A model generated the notes under the pieces. It had not been told where the DNA came from, made no database searches, and worked only from the letters and a program-made list of their open reading frames with translations. A DNA stretch of 64,000 nt, taken from positions 124,001 to 188,000 of the forward strand of contig CT868020.1 in assembly GCA_000165425.1 (NCBI GenBank), read 5' to 3'. Source of the stretch: Paramecium tetraurelia. Lineage: Eukaryota. Positions 38,357 through 52,639 of the stretch are shown here, in pieces (position 1 is the first letter of the stretch; each line of letters opens with the position of its first letter). Both the position numbers and the translations under genes were made by a program.

Positions 38357-41300
38357 TCAAATTGTATCTGATTAGATGATCTTTTGGGTTTTATCAACAG
38401 AGTCTCCAATTTAATCATCATCTCCTTTCTTTTCACTAACTTTCTCCGCCTTGCTTCCTGCTCCACCTCCAGCAGCTAAATAATTAATATATTATAAATA
38501 CCCATTGGTAGAATACTGTTAACTACTGCACCAAATGTACCACCAAGAGCAAAGGCCTGAATTCCCAAGAAGATAAAGATAAATATCAACAATAGGATGA
38601 TTGCTCCTTGTATTAAGAGCATTGTTAATAATCCTGGAGAAATTCCCAGAAAATCTAAAGCCATGTCTGTGTTCTTCTGTTATAGATATTTCATAGCTTA
38701 GTCAAATTCTTTTTCATTTAATGAATCTTAATTGGCTGAAGAAGAACCCTTCTTGATGTTAGCAAAGATTTCATTGATTCTGTGCTCAGACAGATTCATA
38801 CCTAATCTCTTTGCTAGTGTTCCATATTCTGACTTACTGATAGTTTTAGTTCCATCCTCTAAAATAATATATTTAATATATTTTACCATCAATAGCTTTA
38901 AACATATCTTGATTGGTGGCTGTTCCCTCTTGAATCTTCTTCATCAATTCCTATATTTCTTTGGCTTTCTTTGAATCTTACTGTCCTCCACCAATGCTCA
39001 ACTATTTACCTCCGAATACTCCCATTTCTTAAACTTACTTAATAATTTATTCAACAATCTTTATTGCACTGTCACTAACTGACAATTCCTTCAACAATTT
39101 AGGTACATATTCGAAATTGTAACTAGCCAATCCAAAGATGCATTTGATCACTCCCATAGGTAATTCAATTATTTTAGCTCGTTTAGGTAATACAATAGTC
39201 CATTGATCAGACTTTGATGCTTGCTTCTCCTTCTATTAAACAACTCCACCCTTTTATTTCTTATCCTTAACCTCATTGCTAGGATCTTGACCAGTCAAGG
39301 TGTACAATAAGGATTCAATTTGGAATAAAAAGTCTTAATTAGTAATGGACTTCAATGGGCAATTGTTGATATTCTGTATTTCTTAGAATAGTTCTCTAAT
39401 AATCACTGTGTTCACGTATTGCAATAGATTGAGATTCTTAAAGAGAACTGAATCAATAATGAAACACAAAACCTGAAGTTTCTTCTCACCATCATTTTAA
39501 GCTTTCAAATCATCAATATTGTATCCAGTCAGCAATAAAATGATACCAGATATTAATCGTTTCACTTAAGTCGATTGTTCATCAATCTTAGTCAACTAAA
39601 CTTACAACTCTGACAATTTCTTTGCTTTTTCTTAGAAATTGTATCCTTAGGGAACCATAGCCAAAGGTGGCATAATTTGTTATTAATTTCCCATTTGTTG
39701 GTTTAACTATTGCAAGGGTAATTATTATTATAAGGGTATTTATTATTACAAAGGTATTTACTATTACAAAGGAATTTATTGTTGGATTTATGATTGCATT
39801 GTTATTTATTATTACATTACTATTTAAGTTTGTCCCACAATAGGTCCTCCTAATTGTTATTGCATGGGTAGTTATTATCCTTGTTATATCTGTGGTTACA
39901 ACAATTATCCTTGGCCTAAAAGGGGGAGGTTGGTGCTTAATCTTTTAGATTAATCTTATCTTAATTGGTTTGCTTTCTTTTCATTGATCTCTTTGTTGAG
40001 TTTATCGATTTAATCACTTAAAGACTACCTATTTTCTTCCTTAAAGCTTAACCATAGGGAATTAACAGTCTATCCTAACACATCTAAAATGAACTCATTA
40101 ATAGTCTCAGTAATCTAAGCTAATCCATCAGCAGGAGCATCATCCTATTATTTTTTTTCTTCATTATCATTTGCTTCTTCATCATCTTCATCTTCATCCT
40201 CCTGTTCATCATCATCTTCATCTACTTCATCATCTCTATCTTCGTCTTCATCTTCATAATCCTACTCTTCTTCATCTCTTTAAGAGTGAACTTGAGATCC
40301 AACTAAATTTTTTTATTATTCTAACTTGTCCGAAGAGTCCTTCATTGCTTTCAATGATCTCTCTGGTATTTAGATGAAAACAAACAATTAAACAAACTTG
40401 TCGAATACACCTAAATAGGTTCTGATAGCATCTGGTACATAATCACTTATTGTAATTATTGTATTTGGAATAATCTTTTTGAAATCAATATTCTAGATTT
40501 TTACAGTTTCAGGATAGTTAATGATTTGATTACAAATCTTATACAAGTTAAAGATGGGACCAATGAATTTAACTTACTCAATCTTTTCAACAAAGTATGA
40601 TCCTGTCATAATTTTGAATATGAAATCACATTCTCTCCTTGAAAATGCTGTTTTCTTTGATTTGTCTACTTCCTTTTCCATTTCCATTTGAATTTATGTT
40701 TAAACTCTCAAGAAATCAGGCATTTTCAATAGCCATAAACTCCATGAAAAAGATTGATTTTTTCTGCTTTACGACATTTTTTCGATTTTGTTGTAGAATT
40801 CCTGGTCACTATGTCCAGGTTTGTTTTATTTCTTTTTAATTGCATTTAAGATTATTTGGAAGGATGTAATAACCTTTTATCTTTGGTTATTTCTGAGAGT
40901 TCCATTCTTCTTATCTTATTGTTCATTAATTTAAGAATAGATCAACAATGGCAATAATTGTAAAGGTGGGATGATTCTCATAGCATTATCTGGCTTTAAG
41001 AATTCTTCATTACCAATAATAGTGGATATGTTTTTCCACATGAACATAGTCAAAATGAATCCAGCACTCATGGAATCATGTGGTAAAATAGCCGTGTACA
41101 TTTTCTCAATGTTACCACTTGATATTGCTAAAAATAATAGAGCAATGTTCTTTGAAAGATCTTCATTCTCTTAGTCACTCTTATTCTCAAGTTTAATATT
41201 AATAATTTTGGATTCAATTAAATTTTCAACTTGTTTTTGAATATCAAGTTACAATTCAGGTTTATTTGCATTTTGACTATTTCGTTTATTCTTTTGAAGT

Positions 41301-44300
41301 GCTCGTTTATTTTAAATAAGCATCATCTTATTGGATTTCAAACCTATCATGGCTCTTAGGAATTGCAATTCCACTTGAGGATCCTCTTTAGTAAAGGACA
41401 GTTTTTGCAAAACCACAGAGACATCATCATCTTTTTAGAAAAAGAATGAATAATCGTCATTTACTATCTATATTATGAATTAGGTGATTAATCTTATGGT
41501 TGTCAGATTATTCTTGTATTCATTTGCTAAATCGTTTGATTATCCTATTTCAAAATCAGTTAGGATTGGTAATCTAAGGTCATTGGGCAATGTTTCTTTG
41601 GTGATTGCTTAGGCCAATTACCATAACAACAATACAAAGTATTCCTCTGTCTTTTTTGGATCAGAAGATAGGGCTGAATATTTGCTAAAATCAAATCTAA
41701 CGGCATCAATCTTCTCTATTTAATGTAATTATGATTGGTCAAATCCATAAAGTAGTTTTAACAAAATTGTTTTGATTGAAAAGTATCTATCTCCAGAACT
41801 ACCAAATGAAGATTATAATTTAGATTTTCCTTTCCTTTCAGGTGCTTTCTTCTATTTTTATTCTTTTGATTAAGCATTTTATAATTCAGGTGGAACTGGG
41901 CCTTGATTCTATCCATTTCCTTATTATTATTGTTATTATTATTTTTATTGTTCTTCTGGGGGATTTTATTTAATCTCTTCAGGTTTAGTATCTTCTGCTT
42001 TCTTTTGTTCATTTAATTATTGCTCCTATTTCTGTTATGTCTATGCATCTCCTCTCTTTTTTTTAATTAGATTATTCATCTAGACTGGCTTAAATTTGGT
42101 AGCAGTGTTAGGATTAATGACTTGGGAGTAATCAGCCAATTGATAATATACATCCATTTTGCCCAAATAGGCATCTATCAATGAATTCAAGACTTCAGTG
42201 TCATTAGAGGAGAGATTCATTGATTTGATCAAAGTCAATTGATCTTCAGATTATTGAATGTCAGTCTCATATAATTACATAGACAAATTAACAAAGCTGT
42301 TAACCAATTAGACATTCTATTGCAATGATTGAGCCAACACTGTGAATCCTTCGAAAGATTTCAAGAAGACTGATAAAATTTCTTGCAAATTCTTCTTATT
42401 TGATGAAGTATTCCAACAACAAGCATTTAAATAGGCTGATAACTATTGAGGAGTGTTTTATTTCCATCCATTCTTAACCTTATAAAAGGCTCCAGACAAA
42501 GCAGCTAATCCATAATATGCCATGGCAGCAGCAGGTTCCTCATCTGTGAAATAGGTATCTGGTTCAATTATTGATTAGTAATTGCCTTTCCAAATATCAA
42601 TTAATAATCTTATATTGTCATTGTATTGATAACATGCTTATGACCATTGTTCCTATGAACTCAAAACACTTAGCCACTTCTTACCAGTTCTCACATCTAC
42701 AACTTCAAGCACTGCTTCTTCTAAGGTAGGTTCCTGAGAAGAATTCTATTTCGGATCAATGTTTAACTTTTGTTAATTGACCCATGCCTTTTTCATAGCG
42801 TCTTGTTATTCGTGAATTTCTTTGTCCATCAATTATTTAAGTCTCTCTTTCAAAATGGGTAATCGAGTTTATGCACTGACCTTTTTATCAACACCTTCTG
42901 CCCTAATCCATTTAGTTATTTGAGAACTGCCTTGTAAGAATCCGATATCAAAGAAGTAGTCATCCCAATTGATACCTTAATCTGGCGTAGTTTCGATATT
43001 TTGAATTGAGAACTTAAGATAATTTTCAGGCTCTGAAATAATATCTAAGCCATACTTGAGTATTTTATTAAATTGATAGGACTTAAAGAATCTATTTTAC
43101 ATAGAACAATATTCCTCCTATCTCTTTTCAATTAGATCCTTTAAGAAGTCAAACTTGTGTAACACCTTTTGTTATTGGTTTGCTTGTAAGGATTTATGTT
43201 TCAAGGCTCTTTAATAAGTGACCAAACTAGCAGTACAATTGGCTGAAATCATATTTTCAGCAGAAATTGCAAATCCACAAGACAATCCTATCAGTATGGC
43301 TGCCTTTGTTTTTGAGAAATAGTCTGTGAAATTCTTGAAATAGTACATTCTTTCGACTGAAGTCAAGATGAAGTCTATCTATTGGACAGTGATTTTATAA
43401 TGCTCTTCATCTCTAGGCTATTGATTCTCATGAGGATTCCAAAATGATCTTCTCAAGCTGGCTAAAGTAGAGGTAATTCCCATTGTAAAAATAGGAGTCT
43501 ATTAACATTCAATATCTTTCATTATCCATGAATCAGTCAACACTTTCTATTCCATGTTTCTTCTTGGATCAATGAACAATGAGCAAGTTTCTTGATAAAC
43601 CTTAATCATTTATTGATACAATATCAAAGGATATAAGGCTTTTAATTTTTGCTATTCTTCAGGATCGTCTTTCAACATTTCCACAGCTTGATCATAAGAA
43701 ATTCTATTGAATTGTGGATCAGTTGATGGTGTATTTCTAATTATATTTGCAATTCCTAATAAATCATCATCACCAGTTAAGTTTCCATACATCTCCACTG
43801 AATCTGCCAATACATCCAATTAGGCATTTTTGATATCATTTTTGCCAATATTCAAAAATGAAATGACTTGTGGATTGAAATTGCATATATCCACCATATC
43901 TTATAATTCCTCAATTGAGTCAATAGTGTCGGAGAAGAGCTTCTTCTTTACTTCTTCAATGCATTCTTCCTACTCTTAGATCCAATCAGGTTCACCCCAA
44001 AAAGGCTCAAAATCTGGCACTTCTACTTAGTCATTGTAATAAATCTTCTAAAATAGTTCATCCATTTATCTAAACCACTCAACCTCTCCAAACATTTCTT
44101 TCAACAGTGTTGGAATAGCTTAGAATGTCAAAAAGGTGGACAAGACCAAAACTGGGTTTATCCATTTCTTTTCCTCATTGATGTAAGTCTCTTAAATCAA
44201 TCTCCAAGCAGGAATCATTCCTTGAGTAAGCATTAACACTATTGGATCAATCTGAATTATCTAAACCAATTTATAAATGGCATATTCGACTGAATTGTTT

Positions 44301-47300
44301 GTTGGAGTCAATTCCTAAGGAATATCCTTAGTTTTAGGGTCTTCCAGTAATTTGTAAAGATTAGCCAAGAATCCCTTCACATTAAACTAGTCTGGGATTG
44401 GGCCACTTATGCAACCTATCAAACCTTACAATAATCCAAAGTACTCAGCTCTACCATCACATTAAGCGTAATCAAATTGGGGAAGCTTCTTAATGTATGC
44501 TTCCAATCCTGTATACTTTCCTCTAACCAACCCTTTAGTCATTACTGCTATTTCAGGATTAACTTTCATGTCTTTGATTAATTAATTGTCCTTTATTGAC
44601 GAAATCTGCTTCAACCAATCTTTGTCATAATTGGATACAGTTTTATCTAATTGCAATAAATTTTAAACTCCCTAAACTTTTAATTTCTACTCCAATTTCA
44701 ATCCATTTATCAAAGCCTAAATATTATTTATTTCATAATCTTGGAAGATTATCTACAAAATCAACACAAATTCATCTCCCTTTACTCCAACTTTATCTAG
44801 CAATGGTCCCAACTTTTTAGAGGATGTTGACAAGTATTGATAATTTTGTATTCTCTATGAAGACACCTTAGCATTTTTGATGGTTGTTAATGTACTGATC
44901 ATTTCAACTACTCCAGAATCCATGGAGAGTTCTTTAGAGAAGAATGAAGTTTGATATCCTTGACCTGTGATCAGATTGATAAAGTTCAAGACAAATTGAT
45001 CAGGAATTTTAACCAAAGATTACAATGGTATCTTAATTCCTGGGTTCTCCTTCTCGAATTTACATGCTTATTATCTTCTCATAAATTTAACCATTGTTTA
45101 TGTGAACTTCTGATTGTCATTCAAAAAGAATGTATGAATTGCTTCAAAGAATTCCTATTTGATGTCCAATTTTTTAGTCAAATATTACAAAATATTTTAT
45201 TTCTGGATTTGCTTTGTTTCTAGATCCTCGAATGTCAATGTTAAATCACACCATTACCCTGTGAAGTAGAGATAAAGACAAGCGAAAATGTGATAAATCT
45301 ATGGAAGTGGTCTTTTCTCATCGTTCTTACTTCTCTTGCTATTTTGAATCAAGAAATTCAATAACAATGTAATGGATCTCTACTTTGAATTTTCATTAAG
45401 CATTTAAATGACCAACACCTACCCATCATTTAAGTCTTTCTTATCCAAAGCCTACTTCAAATCCTTAGCATTTTGACTATTTAAAGTGGATGTCAAAAAT
45501 GAAACTGATTTATTCAATTAATTGAGTGTTCCCTTTGGTAATTTTCCATTCTCATCTTTCTCGATGATCAAGTAAGCCAATTAATAAAAGGAATTTACAT
45601 CCATTCCTTTATCCTTATTGAATAACAACTTTTCAATTAATGGCAATGGCAATTTGATCATGGGGAATAAGTTTTACATTTTGGAATAAATGAATTGATG
45701 TTTCTTTTGGATCATTTCCATCTTAGAATACATGAATTCCAAATAACTCTCATAATCTTTTTGATTCTCTTTTGAAATGAATTCATCACCCTTAGTTGAA
45801 TCAATTTTAGGCTGGGAATTTTGAATAGATTGAATTACTCTATCTGAATTAGTCAAAAAGATAATGTTGATGAAATCTTCAAAGAATTACTTGTTAACAT
45901 TCAAAATTGATGCAAATGCATATACACTTTACTTGGTGTCACTAGTTAATGCTTATGGAGAAGTGAACAAATCAATATTCTTCAACAATAAGATGTTGGT
46001 GAGTAAATCGATTTCTCTTTAAGTGATTTGAGCAAACTGGTTGTTATTGTTTCCGACGTCCATTAGAATATCCTTTACCTTTTAAGCTGTAATTTAACAA
46101 GCAGGATCTGATATAGTTTCAATTAAAAAGGTCTTCAATCTGCCAGAGTTTCCTCCCTGAACTGAGTTATCCTCTTTGGCAACCACATCCTTTTTGAGTT
46201 TTTGCATCCATGCCTTGAGTTCAAAGTCAGGACTTTTAATAGCATCTATGGTTTCATTACTAGCTCCCAATTTCTCCAAGTTGCTTTCATCTGCATATGC
46301 AATGTCGAGCACTTTCTTTCCCAATAATACCAATATAACGTATTCCCTAGGTATATCTAGGTCTACACATGCATTAGATAAATGAGTTGCATTGTTGCAT
46401 TTGAATAAGATCAAGAGTGAAAAGAACTGTTTAACTCTATTGACTTCAGTCTTATGGATTTTAGAAATAATCTAAAACAAGTCTTACAAGCCCTATTTGG
46501 AGTACAATTATAGAAGCACAGCTATGATGGCAAGCAATGTCTTGGTATCCAATCTCAAAGAGGTAGCCAAGTTCATCAATAATGGATTGGTTTGCAACTT
46601 TTCAAAGAGTTTCTCCTCATTCTCTGAACCTTCATAAGTAGTATACTTGTAATATTTTATAGAAGCAACGGCTTATAATTATTGAGCTTTCTTCTCATCA
46701 ATAGAGAATGCATTTGCTTATAAATGCAAATTTGAAGTCAATTCTCTAGAATCTTCCATGAACAGACTAACCATTTCAAAAACGCCTGTCATTAATGGAA
46801 TAAGCTTTTTGAATTCTCTTTCACTGACTACCAAATCTCTAATTGATTTCACACTCTCATCATGGAAATTCTCAAAAATAAATTTAAAAACATCTCTAAT
46901 CACTTCCTTTGGAATCTTCTCAAAGTTATGCTACATGAAATTAAACAACAAAGTTATTAAAGAGGGATTTTCCAATATTTTATCCATATTAGACTTTCTA
47001 CCTTTAATCATACCATTAATAACATCTAATGCCTTTGATATTCTTTATCTAACCAATTTGGTTGGTAATGCCTTGTGTTATTTATTGAATGAGTTAACTA
47101 ACAATTCAATCAAACCCAATAAATCTTTCATGTCCTTCAACTATGGAATTTCATCAAAGAAACCTGAAATAATTCCGAATATTTTGTGGAAAGTAATTTA
47201 ATTACCCTTTCTACCTTCGAAAAGTGACATGGCAATCTTCAACAATCCTGAATACTTTGACAAGTACTTAATTTAAGTGAATTACGGTTCATCCTTCAAT

Positions 47301-50300
47301 TATTTGATGATTTAATCTAGATCATTAAAAACTCCCAAGAAGTTTTCTTATTATAAATGCTTTTGTAATGAAATAGCCTTCTTTAAAACCAAGGACAATA
47401 TTCTTGGCTCAAACATCTACATATCCTAATCTTGGAATAAGATGGCACTCTCTTATTGAATCAATTAAGCAAAGCATTCTGCACATGGTTGTATCAATGC
47501 TTCCAAATAGTCTTCTGGACTCATCTGAGCTGTGTTTCCACTGGGATAAGCAAATTCCCAAACAAAAGACATTATTGGTTGACCAATCTTCTTAAGACTA
47601 TCAAGTTTCAAAGTGTTCGCTGCAGTGTAAATTAACTAAGTGAGATTATTTTTGAACATGTTTTTATCCTTCTTAAAAAGAGCCAAAGCAATATTAGCTA
47701 ATTCTTATCCATATCCTTCAATCTATTTCGCCATCTACTCCTTCAACATCTAAATGGCCTTCTCCTCCAACTCCTTCATCATTTTGGCAACGAAAGCTTA
47801 AGGATTTGCTGCTATTGCCTACAACTCACTGGCAGCATTGGATGCAGCCTCTAAAGCCTTGTCTGGATTACTTAATAAAGCATCAGCATTCTCTTCAATG
47901 TGAGCAAGAGTGCTCTAATCAACCAATCCCAAACTGGCAGCTTATCCTGCCACAGACTTGAATGCGTCACTGTCCATCATGTCGTGCATCTTACCTTTTA
48001 AGTCCATCTTAGCAATCATACCGCCCATTTGATCTTTGGCAATCTTCTACACGTATGCTATAACAGTTTCAAATCCATCAGTTGCTATCTCCTTGAATTG
48101 AGCAGCCTTTGAACTGACGACTGTAATGAAGGTTGCAGCTGCAGTTGCATATGGCAAAAATGCAGTGGGATTCACAATAGCACCTAAGAGTAACCATACC
48201 AATGCCAGAGTGATAAAAACACATAATTGATATGCTGAATACAATACCAATGCCCACATAATTTGTCTGAAAATCAGTTGAATTCTATTTGCTGTCTTAG
48301 GGGACACCTTTCTAAAGAAGTTTTCCTATGGGAATTACATTGAGATGTAATAGTAGAGCAAATCAATAATTGAATAGACCCAATAGATACCAACCAAAAT
48401 TAAGACATTCTTAATCCAAGTACTTTCGTTATATAACTTTAATGGCACAACCCAATAGTTCTATAATATATCCTCTAAGGTAATCAAATATTAGATTGGA
48501 ATCAGAGAGTATTGAGCATATAATATTTTTTCTAAGATTGTAAACGAGAAAAGAGGAATAATTAAAATAACTGTTGTTATGAAGTGAGCCAGTACTGTGA
48601 AGAAATCAACCATCCACCATCCTCCAAACAGAATAAGTTCTCTATTTGCTTCTGCTAATTCAGCCTAAGTTTTTATCAATTCAGGATTATTCAAAATCAA
48701 CGAATAGTGATTCTACATCTTCTATCTGTTAATAATGTAGGTCTATTATTCTGGTAGACATTTCTTAAGGCAATCTGTTAAGCAGTTCTGCACTTTCATC
48801 ATAAATGAAGGAGGAGCATCATCCTCTTTATGGACTTCTTCCTCATCTCTTTCAACCCACTGTTATGGAATATATTTGCTGGTGATATTGTAACTCTTTT
48901 GTAATTCTGAAGCTGATGGTTGTTCATAGGGTAAATGATTCAAAACACAAAATTCCTAATATTATTCGTTGAAGGTTTGCACAACAATGTTGTCCTCCTC
49001 GAAGTTAGTTAATTTACAACAATTGTTGATAAATAATTCTAATGGATTTTTATCTGGTGTGATTACTGGTAATTTAGGCATCATACCATTAAGAAGTACT
49101 CTAATGTAAGATTCAGTTTGGGCATCTTCCTTAAGGGTAATCTTAAAGCCCTTTTGCTTGAGTAATTTGAGATTCTTCTCGTCATCCAACTTTTACTCAA
49201 GGAAACCATTGAGGAAACAAAACTTTTCATACAATGTTTTCATCTCATTTCCTAGAATTGACTCTGTTGTCAAATTATGTAATTCTGAATCTGTATTACT
49301 TTTTTATTTCTTTTAAAACAAGTGAGTATAGAATTCCTCAGCTGAGTTGATGTACTTTTTGCTTATCAATACACATAGATAATCTATGAAGGCTGATAGA
49401 GGAGGGGCCAAAACAAACAATTGAAATAGTAATCTACCTAAATTCATGTTTAAAACACTAAAATATATATAAAGATTAATTACATTTCCATATCTTATGA
49501 AGATTATTTCTTTTTGTCTGTATCATCTTTTTTATCAGAACCATCATCCTTCTTTTTGTCATCTTTATCTTCCTTTTCTGGAGCAATTTTCATTAAAGGT
49601 TAGGCTCCATCAGCATCATTCTTTTTTTCAATACCACTATATTTATTGGTTGCAGCGACCTACTCTAGAATTTATTTGTAAACTGAATTTATCATGTAAA
49701 GTACTCCCAACATTAAAAAGAAGGCTGTTAATATTGAGATGAGGACTGATACATAGACAGCCCATTGAGTTGCTGGACTTTAATCTAAGTTGATGTTTGT
49801 TAATTAATAGCTTGTTTCATTCAATTTAACAATTTCAATCCATCTTTCAAATTCATTATTAGATTCAATGTATTTACGTAAACCTGTGGCTTCCTTTGGA
49901 TAGTTTTCAGTTGGAAATTTAACTGAATTTTACCATGAAATTGTTGTAATAGAGTGTTCAGCTTTTTCAAAGTACTTTCCGATCAAGAATCTAGTATTGT
50001 AAATATCATCCAAATCTAAAGCAGGATGATAGGGACAGAATCCTGGACTCAAATTCAAATCCAAAGTCCATGATGCTGTACTCATCAAAGTAAATGAGAA
50101 AGTACCCATCCACCAAGGTTTTACATATGAGTAAGCAGGATTGTAAGTCAATGACCATTATTGATAATTATCAGATCTAGTGATTTTGGATCCGACCTTA
50201 AGGACAAAATTGGGATCAAAGTTATGAGGATCTTCAGCCATTTTGAGATAATGTCTAAGAGTTTTTTAACTAGGTAAATCAAAGTCGACACTTCCTGATG

Positions 50301-52371
50301 CATAACTTAATCCATGAATAACAGTATCCTTGGTTGTAACAGTCTTATTTTATCTTTTGATAATGTTCACATAAACATTTCCAAATCTTCCAGTAACGTT
50401 TAAGAATCTCAAACCTGCTGGTACTGTGTGAGGTAATTTCTTTTATGCTTCTGCATAGATTCCTTTGTAATCAATTTTAGCTTCTGTTTTGTTGGCGTCC
50501 TTGCCAGTCTCATTTTTATCATCCTTTGCTATTTCATCCCCTTCTTTCAAGAATCTTAATTATGATCCTGAAGGTTTTCCTTGATTTTAGTCAGTTGAAT
50601 TGGTTGGTTTAATTGTGTTGTTAGTTTTTTTTAAGGCATCTTTGATACTTTAGCATTCCAAAGATTAGCAGAAGATTGAATTACCAAAACAAGATGGTTG
50701 GAATAGGATAGCCTGTTTTTCTTTTACATCTTTTGTTTTACTCTACATATTGGCTTTGGGATTAGTTTTATCATCCTGTTTGGGGTCAGCATCCTTTTTA
50801 GGAACAGCAGCAGCTTTTTCTTCTTCGTGAGTGATTGAATCTAATTCTACTTGAAATTGTTTGGAATCATTATAAGTATCTACAAATGGTAATAAGATGA
50901 TGTTTCCTTATAAGTTTTCATGTTCATCAGCAAAAAAGCTTTCATAAATTTCATCCTCTAAACTTAAAAACTCTGTTTCGCCTCCTTTATCTTTTTTTTC
51001 TTTTTTCTCATCCTTCTTATCTTTATCTTTATCATCATCATCCTTATCTTTGTCTTCATCCTTCTTCTTCTTCTTCTTTCCAGTACCAACTCCTTGAATA
51101 AAGGCCTTTACTTCAGATGCTGGTGCCTCTTGACAACCAACGACAATTGGATTTGCAATAACTGGAGCTGCATAACAATAATGTGGATTGGCATGAGTCC
51201 AGTTAACCATCATTTCATTATCAGTTTAAAATACGATATCGCCATTTTCTAGTCGAACATCAGAGAACTATTCAAATTATAAATAATTTCCTTAGAATCT
51301 TCCTTAAATACTGTTGAAGGTCAAATTCTTGGTTACTAATTTTACCGCATTCAACTCAACTAATTCTCCTGTCTAATGAAAGGTTATAGGATAATAATTA
51401 CAATATTGATTGTGTTATACGATATATTGTTGGAGTTCATCACTATAAAACAAGATCCAAAACAATTTATTGATAAATCATCAAGAACTGCTTGTTTGTA
51501 GACGTGGAGATCAATTTAACAACTTTATTCAGACAATAAGTTAGTAAATTCGTAACTATAATTACTACCTTAAATATCTTCTGAGATCGTCGAAGTGTTT
51601 GCATTTGGATCGATATTGAATCTTCCTGGGATTGAATATTCAAGTGCAAAATCTGGTATGAGTAAGCTTGAACTTTCATCAATCGCATCACCTAATTTTG
51701 GTCCCTCTAAGGTCGTTTAATTTAGACTTTGGGTATGTGAGTTTCTCTTTTTTAAGGTGGTTATGCTTGCACCTAGATATTTGATTGAGGACATTGATTT
51801 AGTGATTTGGTATTCCTAAAATTAGTTATTGTTAATACGCTATCTATAATATGCATTCTGCAATTTGTAACATTCATAGTCAATCTTGAGTTTGCTGGTA
51901 TTTTTTAAATACCGTCATAAAAGGCAAAGAATTCGAATATTACATAGAAGCCTGTAAACAAAACTGTTGTTGTTATGATTAAAAATATAATTCGAATGAA
52001 GGATCTTAGACGGATTGCCCATTTTAGTGCTTGTTTGTTATGTTCTTCTAACTCCATTTATTATAACTAAAGAGACTTCCTAAAATAGTGGTGACAAATC
52101 AAAATTACGTTTTATCCCCATGCTTCTTAGCACCAGAGTCGGATTTCTTAACTATGGGTTTATTGTCATCATCCGAAGAGGAGGATGATTCTGAATCAGC
52201 TACCTTCTTCTTATTTTTTTGCACTCTATAAATTCAAATATTTTTTTACTTTGTAGCTTTTTCTTGGTTGCTTTGTTGAGCTACGTTATCCTGTTAATTG
52301 GGCGGTTTAATAACAGGAATCTCGATTTCATTAGGGTGTTCATCATTCATCTATTGATATGCTTAAGACAT
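38357..52371 (-). CDS. Giant multi-TM protein with EF-hands near the C-terminus (~4,644 aa), RON11-like architecture
   Basis: Introns at 49458-49483, 38859-38886 and 38476-38501 link all minus-strand ORF fragments into one consistent frame (14,015-80 = 13,935 nt). TM at ~51930-52000, TM cluster at ~48100-48650, EF loop DEDGTKTISKSE, terminal TMs at ~38500-38660. Confidence 0.85.
39680..39900 (-). repeat. Coding low-complexity repeat (QQIPL-like units in a Gln-rich tract)
   Basis: Tandem 18-nt units such as ggtatttattattacaaa encode QQIPLQQQIPLQQQIPLQQQLPL. Confidence 0.8.
40170..40275 (-). repeat. Coding Asp/Glu tract ((TCA/TCT)n on the + strand)
   Basis: Run of tcatct/tcatcc triplets inside the giant gene. 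Confidence 0.8.
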
Positions 52372-52639
52372 TTGAAAAAATAATAATGAAAGTAAATGTT
52401 AAAATATTCGAATTTAAATACATTCAAAAAGTAGTTATATAACTTAAATAATTGATCATTTATATCTTCTGATTAGTACGAATTGATAAATTGAAGAACT
52501 CTAGGTATAATGGATTTGCAAGAATTTTATTTAAATTTTATTTTGATCTAATACAAAACACACGCCTAATATAAATTTAACCGAAACTATGCAATAACAT
52601 TTGTATATATATAAAAATTTAAGATATCAATTATTAAAA

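Noticed and set aside
40171..40377. His/Leu-rich ORF MLLHHLHLH..
   Set aside because: Antisense reading of the Asp/Glu tract.
46758..47201. Longest ORF-track entry (147 aa, +) and similar plus-strand ORFs at 38732-49742
   Set aside because: Antisense shadows of the giant minus-strand gene.
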